DNA of 64,000 nucleotides from Gemmatimonadota bacterium (GTDB lineage: Bacteria; Gemmatimonadota; Gemmatimonadetes; Gemmatimonadales; GWC2-71-9), in the NCBI GenBank assembly GCA_039588295.1, contig JBDHAB010000001.1:224001-288000 (forward strand), in the 5' to 3' direction. The position numbers and the translations under genes are program-made. The notes below the pieces were generated by a model. The model was not told where the DNA came from. It saw nothing but the letters and a program-made list of their open reading frames with translations, and made no database searches. The number at the start of each line of letters is the position of its first letter. Position 1 is the stretch's first letter. This document shows positions 1 to 7,303 of this stretch, piece after piece.

Positions 1-1
1 G

Positions 2-190
2 GAGGCGGCGGACGAAGTGCAAGAATGTCACGTCGTGACCGGCGAAGCCGGCTACCTCCTCAAGCTTCGCCTCGTCATGCTCGCAGACCTCCAGCACCAT
101 ATCGATGCGGCCCGACAGGCTGGGTGCCTCGTCAGCGCGGAGGTTGTCGTCACCACCGAGTTCGAGCGCTCGGTCGTGCCCGTTCGCTGA
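2..190 (+). CDS. Lrp/AsnC family regulator, C-terminal ligand-binding domain (5' truncated by window edge)
   Basis: Own translation of frame 2: EAADEVQECHVVTGEAGYLLKLRL...VVPVR*. EVxECHxVTGxxxYLLK is the typical AsnC RAM-domain motif. Not in the ORF track. Confidence 0.8.
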   Translation, partial: EAADEVQECHVVTGEAGYLLKLRLVMLADLQHHIDAARQAGCLVSAEVVVTTEFERSVVPVR

Positions 191-243
191 GGGTGCGCGT
201 CGGGCAGGTCGCTCCGACACACGGCCTCGCTACGGACAGGTCG

Positions 244-498
244 CTAGCTGATCAGCTCTTTTTCCGATGGCTGAGTGAGGCTGCGCGGTACGTATACGGC
301 ATGCCGCCCGCATTTCCCGCATTGCAGCGTGACATGGCGGTGCGATTCGCGCCGGTCCCTCGGTAGCCTCCGCCTCGGATGCCGGGTGATTCTGGCATGA
401 CCGCAGGATGGGCAGACCAGCCGTTCGCGGTCACGGTCGGCAAGGATGAGTTGAAGTGCCTCCGCAGCCCGGTACTCTTTTATCCCTCGACGTCCCAC
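244..498 (-). CDS. Small zinc-ribbon hypothetical protein
   Basis: 84 aa with CPSCG and CGKCG knuckles. Confidence 0.6.
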   Translation of the reverse strand: MGRRGIKEYRAAEALQLILADRDRERLVCPSCGHARITRHPRRRLPRDRRESHRHVTLQCGKCGRHAVYVPRSLTQPSEKELIS

Positions 499-627
499 GA
501 GATCTACTCCAGCTTGTTGCAGCGGACTAAGAATCTACCTCGCAAAACGGGGGAGTGCCAAACGCCGCTCTTGACGCCACGCCTTTCGCGCTCCACACTC
601 GGAATATCAGCCCAGCTGGAGCGATCC

Positions 628-903
628 ATGAGTTCTCCGGAAGCCCCCGACCAGGGGTTCGTGAGTGTGGCCGACGTTGAGGTGGACGCCGTGCATCCGG
701 GTCGGTCAGGCTTTGTCCTGACAGGTCGGGGCCGAGATCGTGCGGAGTACAGGCTCGAAATGGAGCTCGAAATGCCGGTCGACCAGCGAACCCGGGCTGT
801 CTTGGCCGAACTCCTGGCCCAGTCAGATTGGCGGGTGCTCCGGCGCGCGAGCCAGCCATTTAGACCGAAACGCCCGAGTGGGACCAAGAAGTCAGCTGGG
901 TAG
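628..903 (+). CDS. Hypothetical protein (91 aa)
   Basis: ATG at 628 after GGAG; protein-like composition; preceded by TTGACG-N17-CACACT (571-599). Confidence 0.65.
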   Translation: MSSPEAPDQGFVSVADVEVDAVHPGRSGFVLTGRGRDRAEYRLEMELEMPVDQRTRAVLAELLAQSDWRVLRRASQPFRPKRPSGTKKSAG

Positions 904-965
904 TTGGCTGTCTTAGTTGTTTTCTTACAAGAAGTTACACTTCTACACCACGGTGGGTGTCCGGG

Positions 966-994
966 TTGACTCTAGCCCTGGCACTGGCTAGCTT
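966..994 (+). promoter_or_regulatory. Putative sigma70 promoter of the histone-like gene
   Basis: TTGACT-17 bp-TAGCTT upstream of AAGGA SD and ATG 1027. Confidence 0.5.
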
Positions 995-1026
995 GCCCGC
1001 CACATTTCCCTCTGAAGGAACACCCC

Positions 1027-1458
1027 ATGGCGCGCGAGCTTGGCGGATCGCAGATCTCAGCCCTCTTAGAGTCGGTTCCGGGCATTGTCAATGTGCTTCG
1101 GAGCCCGGTCGCGGACGCGCTCGTGGACATGATCCGAGCTGGGGCGGGACTCGACGAGTTTCGCCTAGAAGCAGCGCAGGAACTCATTCAGTATGCAGTG
1201 CGTCGTGGTCTCATCGGTGCCGGTGAGGGCGAGCAAGTCCTGAAGGACGTCGAAGCCGTGGCACCCCGATCGCGGAGGCGTGGTGCGGGTGCACGCGGGA
1301 AGACCCGGGCGGGCGCTAAGCCGGCAACAAAGCCGCGGGCTCGCAAGCCGGTGCCGAAGAAACCCGAGGGGAAGGCTCCGTCGAAGAAGACGGCGACGAA
1401 GCGGAAGGCGCCAAAGAAGCCGGCGAGACAGACCACCAAGAGGGCAAAGCGCCGGTAA
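1027..1458 (+). CDS. Phasin-like N-terminal domain plus Lys/Arg/Ala/Pro-rich histone H1-like tail
   Basis: Helical N-terminus (AVRRGLIGAGEGEQVL) followed by a KPATKPRARKPVPKK...KAPKKPA tail. Confidence 0.7.
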   Translation: MARELGGSQISALLESVPGIVNVLRSPVADALVDMIRAGAGLDEFRLEAAQELIQYAVRRGLIGAGEGEQVLKDVEAVAPRSRRRGAGARGKTRAGAKPATKPRARKPVPKKPEGKAPSKKTATKRKAPKKPARQTTKRAKRR

Positions 1459-1470
1459 CGCCGCTCCGCA

Positions 1471-2067
1471 CTACCAGCGAAACGCGCGCCGCAGCACGAC
1501 CGTGCCACTTCCGGGCTCGGTCTCCGTGAACAGCAAGGCCCCGGCCGGCGGATCGTACTGCGCGGTCCAGATCGTCGAATCGGGAAGCCAGGTGAAGGTG
1601 ACCGTGCGGGTGCGGCGATCCCATTCGCCGCTCTGCCAGCGTCCGTTGGGGAGACGACGCCAACGTGCTTCGCCGCCACGACTCATCCTGAGCTCGATCT
1701 GCCGCCGGTTACCCGTTCCGGATCCATGCCACTCGCCATGTAATGGTCGCGCCAGGAGGCCCTGCGGCGCCATGGTGAGGATGGCTCCTTCAGCCGTCTG
1801 CAGCAGCAGGCGGTCCCGCACGAACCAGTATGAGACGGAGAATGAGCTGTCTCCGGTCACCGCCAGAGAGTCCCGCGTGACTCTGAACGCAACGGGTCGT
1901 TCGTCGTTCACCACGAGGAGCGTGTCAGCATAGAAGTCGAGCACGAGTGGTCGCCCTTGGTGGGTCCCGACCCAGCGCCGCGTCAGGGCCGGCTCTTGCC
2001 CGAGCGCGAGTGCCGGCCAGGAACACGCAAGCCCCAATGCGCAGACCATTTGTAACCAACGCTGCAT
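1471..2067 (-). CDS. Secreted hypothetical beta-rich protein
   Basis: Start reassigned to ATG 2067 (GAGG SD); signal peptide MQRWLQMVCALGLACSWPALA; two lipocalin-like W-x-G starts. Confidence 0.7.
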   Translation of the reverse strand: MQRWLQMVCALGLACSWPALALGQEPALTRRWVGTHQGRPLVLDFYADTLLVVNDERPVAFRVTRDSLAVTGDSSFSVSYWFVRDRLLLQTAEGAILTMAPQGLLARPLHGEWHGSGTGNRRQIELRMSRGGEARWRRLPNGRWQSGEWDRRTRTVTFTWLPDSTIWTAQYDPPAGALLFTETEPGSGTVVLRRAFRW

Positions 2068-2210
2068 TGCGTACCTCGTTTCCCGAACCACGGATGCTCC
2101 GGAACAGTTTATACACCGTACGGGTCCAAGGATAGGCGCCACCGGCATCGCGGTGAGGTGGATGGAGGCACTCCTTCGCGGGCTCGAAGTTGGGATTATC
2201 TTCAAGTGGT

Positions 2211-2831
2211 ATGACCACGTCAGCGACGACACACTCGACGCATAGTTGGCCCGGCAGGGCGGAAGCGCTGAGCCACTTCTTCCTGCGGGCAGGAGAAGCT
2301 CCGCGCCTCATCGCCTACGATGAAGACATGGGCTGCCCGCTCCACAATGCGTTGGCTGCGCTCGAATGGACGCTGGCGGTCGGCGTACTCAAAGACACCG
2401 ACCTGATCCACGCCGCCCGTCTGGGGGGTGAGACGGCCGCCGCTGTGGTGGAACGCCGTCACGACGGGCAGCGACGTTACGTCTACTTGGGGCCACGTAT
2501 GGATGCCCCGCCGGCAGATCCGTACGAGGGATCGCTGTTGTACGACGAGCCCGGCGTCCGTGCATATCAGTTTGTGCAGCGGGCGCACGCGGTGGCGCAC
2601 TTCCTCCGGGCGACTCAGGGGGCGGGAAGCGTGTTTTCCATACTGTCCCGTCGCGCGCCGGAGCTGCGCCACGCCCGACGGTGGCTCGCCGTCGTGTTCG
2701 AGAACCCGCCGGACGCGGTCTCAAACCTGTTGCTCGCTGGCTGGTTCGCGACCACTGGGGGTGGAGTCTTGTTTGCCCCAGCGGCGGTCGGTCAGCCGTA
2801 CGTATACCAAGAAGTGGGAAGTGAGTCATGA
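2211..2831 (+). CDS. Hypothetical protein with internal duplication
   Basis: Coding-like composition; ATGA overlap with the next gene. Confidence 0.7.
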   Translation: MTTSATTHSTHSWPGRAEALSHFFLRAGEAPRLIAYDEDMGCPLHNALAALEWTLAVGVLKDTDLIHAARLGGETAAAVVERRHDGQRRYVYLGPRMDAPPADPYEGSLLYDEPGVRAYQFVQRAHAVAHFLRATQGAGSVFSILSRRAPELRHARRWLAVVFENPPDAVSNLLLAGWFATTGGGVLFAPAAVGQPYVYQEVGSES

Positions 2832-3382
2832 ATCGTTATCGCGTCCTCTGTGCCGCTTGGGGTCTCGTCGCGGTGTGCACCACGGTGCCTGTGGTGCGTG
2901 CGCAGGAGCGCCAGGACGCGGCGCCTGCGGATAGTCTTCGGGCCGAGTACCGCGCGACCCTCCTCGAACTGCGCGACTCTGTGGCCGTGCTCCGCGCCGA
3001 TCTCGATCGATTCGGGCGCGACCTTCAGATGGCGGGCAACCTGACGGTTCTGAGTCGTGCGGGACGCCTGAACGACCGGTGCGTGAACTTGGGTGTGACC
3101 CTGGGGGATGCAGAGCCGGTCTTTCGCAAAGGGGGCGACTCCCCCCGCCTGCGGGACGCCGCACGCACGCTCGTCCGGCGGATGCGAGACCTCCGGCGAA
3201 CACTGCGTCTCCAGTGTGCCGAAGGGCTCGCGCCCACCGGTCCCGGTGTGTGGGCGGACTCGCTGAAGGCCTGGGGTCCCCATCGCACGAGTCAGCTCGC
3301 TCGTGTGCTGGCGGCGTATGATGGTGCGGCCGCCGCCGTGGCCCGCGCCGGAGAGTTCAAGCTCCAGCCCGAGACGCAATAG
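2828..3382 (+). CDS. Secreted helical hypothetical protein
   Basis: Signal peptide ending VRA-Q; translationally coupled to the upstream gene. Confidence 0.7.
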   Translation: MNRYRVLCAAWGLVAVCTTVPVVRAQERQDAAPADSLRAEYRATLLELRDSVAVLRADLDRFGRDLQMAGNLTVLSRAGRLNDRCVNLGVTLGDAEPVFRKGGDSPRLRDAARTLVRRMRDLRRTLRLQCAEGLAPTGPGVWADSLKAWGPHRTSQLARVLAAYDGAAAAVARAGEFKLQPETQ

Positions 3383-3393
3383 GCCCCCCGGAG

Positions 3394-3438
3394 GGTGTGG
3401 AGTCAGTGTGTACGCCGGTTATGCACACGCTCCACACC
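3394..3438 (+). repeat. Inverted repeat/hairpin after gene 2828-3382
   Basis: GGTGTGGAG/CTCCACACC and GTGTGTA/TGCACAC arms. Confidence 0.5.
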
Positions 3439-3532
3439 GCGTGGAAACTTGTGATCCCGACCAGCAAAACCGAGCGATTTTTCCTCCACACACCGTCCAC
3501 ACAAGTCACGTAAGCCGAAGAAACAGCGGCGC

Positions 3533-3560
3533 TTGCGCGGTTTCGTGGGCCTACTACATT
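3533..3560 (+). promoter_or_regulatory. Putative sigma70 promoter of the ncRNA
   Basis: TTGCGC-16 bp-TACATT immediately before the first helix. Confidence 0.55.
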
Positions 3561-3565
3561 TGAAC

Positions 3566-3997
3566 TCCGTTGCTCAGGGGAAGGGTTGAGACCCCATAAG
3601 TCCCAGCCACGCCTTGAGTGGCAGGCCCAAGGAGAGAATTCCGGGGAGGCCGCCGACGCATTCAAGGGCTTCGGGCGTCCTATGATCCGGGTGATCACCT
3701 CCCTTGAGCCGACGAGGCCAGTCGCGTGCCTCGTCCGCACCGAAGTGGCGCCTCGGTGTGCAGTGCGAGAGGCCGGTCCGCGACCCGGCTGACTCGAAGC
3801 GCCCGCACTGGCGAACCTTGCAGCGAGGCCAAGCTGCTTGGGGATGGAGGCCGGAGCTCCGGCGCGCCCAACCGCGGATGCATCAGTCCGAGCGGCGGCG
3901 GCGGGAAGAAGAACAGAGGGAGTAAATCCCCTGGCTCCGGGTAGCCAGCGCGTGGGGCGGCTCGTCACTTTCGGGTGTTCGGGCCGCCCCTTTTTTT
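3566..3997 (+). ncRNA. Putative large structured non-coding RNA (~430 nt), family not recognised
   Basis: No credible ORF; at least 9 helices visible by eye; potential kissing loop; promoter upstream and U-tailed terminator downstream. Confidence 0.65.
3954..3997 (+). terminator. Intrinsic terminator (+ strand)
   Basis: GGGGCGGCTCG/CGGGCCGCCCC stem, UUCG-capped extension, then T7; no U-tract in the minus direction. Confidence 0.85.
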
Positions 3998-4026
3998 GCC
4001 CAGATGAGCGCTCGCACCCTGGGTGG

Positions 4027-5466
4027 CTACCCCTTGACCACCCCGACGGGGACGAGCTTGGCGACCTTCTTGCCGATTCCCGCCCCGTGCACGACGTCCA
4101 CAACTTGGCGGACGTCCTTGTAAGCCTCCGGAATCTCTTCGTCGACGGTGCGGCGGCTCGCCGCTCGGACCAGGATTCCGTGCTGCTCCAGTTCCCGCAG
4201 CACATTACGGGGTCTTGCGACCTTCCGGGCTTGGTGCCGACTCATGCGGCGGCCGGCACCGTGGCAGGTCGATCCAAACGTCTCGCTGAACGCGCCGGTC
4301 GTGCCCACGAGCACGAACGAGTACCGCCCCATGTCGCCCGGAATGAGGACAGGCTGTCCGATGTCTCGATACCGCGGTGCCAGGTCAGGGTGGCCGGGGG
4401 GAAAGGCACGGGTGGCACCTTTGCGGTGCACGCAGACGCGTTGACGCCTCCCGTCGACTTCGTGGGTCTCGAACTTGGCAATGTTGTGCGCCACATCGTA
4501 CACGAGATCCGCGCTGTCGCTGACCTCCTCGGAGAACACCTCGGCCAACGACCGGCGTACGTAGTGACTCATGAGTTGCCGGTTTGCGAACGCGTAGTTC
4601 GCCGCAGCGTTCATCGCACCGATGTAGGCCTTGGCTTCCGGACTGTGCAGCGGTGCACAGCACAGCTGTTTATCTGGGAGCTCGATCCCGTATCTGTCCG
4701 CCGCGCGGACCATGGTGTCGAGGTAGTCGTCGCACACCTGGTACCCCAAGCCGCGGGATCCCGAATGAATGAAGAACGTGACGGAACTTGGGGTGAGTCC
4801 GAGCCTCGTTGCCGCGTGGTCGTCAAACACCTCTGCCACGTAGCCCACTTCGACGAAGTGGTTGCCACTACCGACCGTGCCGAGTTGTGCCTTGCCACGC
4901 TCCTTGGCGCGGCGGCTCACAGCATCCGGGTTACCGGACAAGGTCCCGTTGGCTTCGATGCACTCCAGGTCTCGGCGCGTTCCGAACCCCTCGTCCACGG
5001 TCCACCGCGCTCCGTGCTCGAGCACTCGATCCAGGGCGGTTGGTGAGAGCTTGACGTCGGAACGTGAGGAGCCGACCCCTGACGGAATTGCCGCGTACAG
5101 CGAGTCCACGAGACGCCGGAGTCTCGGACGGACCTCGTCAACCGTCAGCTGGCTCCGCAACAGTCTCACACCACAGTTGATGTCGTATCCCACGCCCCCC
5201 GGTGAGACCACACCGTTGTGTTCGTCGAACGCGGCGACGCCGCCAATCGGGAACCCGTATCCCCAGTGAATGTCTGGCATCGCGATGGACGGTCCAACGA
5301 TTCCCGGCAGGTGGGCGACGTTGACGACCTGCTGAACGCACGGATCGCCCTCGATGTCGCGCATCAACTCGGTGTCGGCGAAGATCAAGCCGTCTGTGCG
5401 CATGCCGCCGGTGCGGCGAACCCGCCAGCGGAATGCATCGACCCGCTGTACCTCGATGGGCTGCAT
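4027..5466 (-). CDS. rtcB: RtcB RNA 3'-phosphate/5'-OH ligase (archaeal/eukaryote-like long type)
   Basis: Motifs PDIHWGYGFPIGG, GYDINCGVR, GSGNHFVE, HSGSRG, HNIAK, HRKGATRA, STCHGAGR. Confidence 0.97.
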   Translation of the reverse strand: MQPIEVQRVDAFRWRVRRTGGMRTDGLIFADTELMRDIEGDPCVQQVVNVAHLPGIVGPSIAMPDIHWGYGFPIGGVAAFDEHNGVVSPGGVGYDINCGVRLLRSQLTVDEVRPRLRRLVDSLYAAIPSGVGSSRSDVKLSPTALDRVLEHGARWTVDEGFGTRRDLECIEANGTLSGNPDAVSRRAKERGKAQLGTVGSGNHFVEVGYVAEVFDDHAATRLGLTPSSVTFFIHSGSRGLGYQVCDDYLDTMVRAADRYGIELPDKQLCCAPLHSPEAKAYIGAMNAAANYAFANRQLMSHYVRRSLAEVFSEEVSDSADLVYDVAHNIAKFETHEVDGRRQRVCVHRKGATRAFPPGHPDLAPRYRDIGQPVLIPGDMGRYSFVLVGTTGAFSETFGSTCHGAGRRMSRHQARKVARPRNVLRELEQHGILVRAASRRTVDEEIPEAYKDVRQVVDVVHGAGIGKKVAKLVPVGVVKG

Positions 5467-5577
5467 CGACGCCTCCTACCTGCAATATACGGGTCGATGT
5501 GCGGAGGCACCGTGTCAGAGTGTTCGGCGGCGCGGGGGGCAACGGGAGGGACGGGAGATGATCCCGGCCGGTCGCGG

Positions 5578-5991
5578 TCAGACGTCGAACAGGATCTCCG
5601 CATGCCACCCTGCATCATCGTGCGCCACGGTGAACCCGTGCCGGGTGACGGCCTTCACTTCGGGCTGCGGCTTGTGGACCACTGGATCGCAGCGCTCACC
5701 TCGAACGAGGACGGCGAGCAGGGGTGGTCCGGGCTGTACGACCTGCAGATCGGCGGGCAGGAATCCCTCGGTTGCGGAACGGTACAGCAGGTCCTGGAGC
5801 AACCGGAGGAGCATGTCGGCTGGGTCGTCACCCTCGACTTCGATGCGATGCTGTTCCCGAGGAACGACTGGGCTGTGACCGGTCAATAAAAGACGCATGA
5901 CTGCGACGCCGTCGGCCAGCACTTCGTCGAATGTCGCTGCGTCAATGGCGACCTTGATGTCGGCGGTGTGCGGTAGAAACCGGTACGTCAC
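5578..5991 (-). CDS. Archease
   Basis: N-terminal YRFLPHTADI; C-terminal EVKAVTRHG...ILFDV; adjacent to rtcB. Confidence 0.93.
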   Translation of the reverse strand: MTYRFLPHTADIKVAIDAATFDEVLADGVAVMRLLLTGHSPVVPREQHRIEVEGDDPADMLLRLLQDLLYRSATEGFLPADLQVVQPGPPLLAVLVRGERCDPVVHKPQPEVKAVTRHGFTVAHDDAGWHAEILFDV

Positions 5992-6054
5992 GTTTCGCTC
6001 CCGTCACCGTGAAAGCGGTACGGTCGATCTGCGCGGGGTGCAACATCGTGTGGC

Positions 6055-6264
6055 ATGTCGCCCTGGTTCACGATGCCTTCGGGATGCGAAGCGACCCATT
6101 CTGCGGCCACTGCAGAGGCCAAGGCGGCGATCACCGCCATCCGGTGTGCGTTGCATCTCCTCGAGAGCACGGCACCTTCGGGTCGCGAGCGCCGGCTGCT
6201 GGTCGCGATCCACGATGAGCTCGCACAGATCCATCAGGCGCTGCGGTTGCTGAGCGGTAGGTAG
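6055..6264 (+). CDS. Small hypothetical helical-hairpin protein (HisKA-like pattern)
   Basis: 69 aa with two amphipathic helices; fills the gap between archease and the HD gene. Confidence 0.35.
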   Translation: MSPWFTMPSGCEATHSAATAEAKAAITAIRCALHLLESTAPSGRERRLLVAIHDELAQIHQALRLLSGR

Positions 6265-6284
6265 GCCGATCGACAATACGCGCT

Positions 6285-7271
6285 TCACGTGATACTCGGT
6301 GCACCCCAATCGCTCCGCAGACGAGAGACTCGCCGATGGTCCAACGAGCGCTGCAAGGTGGAGACGGTCCCCTCGGGAAAGTTGCCGTCGTCGCGCAGTG
6401 CCTCCGCAACGGATGCGGTCTTGGCGCTGGCGTTGTCGGCCCAATGCAGCACCTCGGCTTCGAGCATCATCGGGGTGATGGGGCTGCCAAACTCTTTCTT
6501 ACCGTGATGCGAGAGAATCAAGTGCAGGAGGATGTCGCGTTCGACCGCCGTGCACGGTGCCGGAGACTCTTGGGCCAGGCGTCGGTCGAGCATGAGCGCT
6601 CCCAGCACCACATGACCGAGCAGATACCCAAGCTCGGTGTGCTCGAAGACGCCGTCCCAGCGGTAGGAATCCAGCTTCCCGATATCATGCAAAAGGACCC
6701 CGGTCAGGACCAGTTCCTGGTCGGCGCCGCATGCGCGAGCGATGGTGCGGGCAATGGCGGCTACCTCTGTCGTATGCTTGAGGAGACCACCAATCACGGC
6801 GTGGTGACCGAAGACCGCCGCGGGACACTGCTCATACCGCTGGCGAAACGCATCCTCTTCGTAGAATAAGTCGACCACCGCCCGCAGGCGCAGCTTGCGC
6901 ATCTCCTGCCGCCAGCTGTCCAGCGTGTTCCAATACCGGTCGACGGAGCCCACCGATGGGAGCAGGGCTGTCCGATCGACGGCGTCTGGCGGCACGTGCC
7001 GCAGCGTAGTGATGCTCAGCTGCTTCCGGTCGCGGTATGTCGTTACCTCACCGACCACGTGGACGACATGCCCCCGTCTGAGGCCGGAAACCTCATCTTG
7101 GCGCTCGGGCCAGAATGGCACAGTGCCGATGCGTCCACTCGCATTGCCGAGCGTCAGTATCGTGAACGGATCACCACCTCCCGTCGTGCGAGCGTCGACT
7201 TCGAGCACCAGGAAGGAGCCCTCCAGGCGCGTACCGAGGGTGAGGGAGGGAATGTGGATGGGAGTCGGCAT
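6285..7271 (-). CDS. yhaM: YhaM/Cbf1-like 3'-5' exoribonuclease (OB fold + HD domain)
   Basis: N-terminal OB fold; PAA..HHA..GGLLKHT, LLHDIGK, ILSHHG..EFGSP, LHWAD motifs. Confidence 0.88.
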   Translation of the reverse strand: MPTPIHIPSLTLGTRLEGSFLVLEVDARTTGGGDPFTILTLGNASGRIGTVPFWPERQDEVSGLRRGHVVHVVGEVTTYRDRKQLSITTLRHVPPDAVDRTALLPSVGSVDRYWNTLDSWRQEMRKLRLRAVVDLFYEEDAFRQRYEQCPAAVFGHHAVIGGLLKHTTEVAAIARTIARACGADQELVLTGVLLHDIGKLDSYRWDGVFEHTELGYLLGHVVLGALMLDRRLAQESPAPCTAVERDILLHLILSHHGKKEFGSPITPMMLEAEVLHWADNASAKTASVAEALRDDGNFPEGTVSTLQRSLDHRRVSRLRSDWGAPSIT

Positions 7272-7303
7272 GTCAGAAACCTAGGTGCAATGGGCCCTCG
7301 AGC

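Noticed and set aside
905..945. AT-rich TTCTT-AC-AAGAA palindrome
   Set aside because: Too short to assign; may be a TF site for the 1027 promoter, but this is unsupported
3566..3997. Identification as tmRNA, RNase P, SRP, 6S, T-box or lysine riboswitch
   Set aside because: No tRNA-like ends/CCA, no GAGGAAAGUCC, no SRP helix-8 motif and no T-box 14-mer; too long and branched for 6S by eye. Needs cmscan to settle.
3838..5046. 402-aa + strand ORF starting inside the ncRNA
   Set aside because: Antisense to rtcB, crosses the intrinsic terminator and has no motifs
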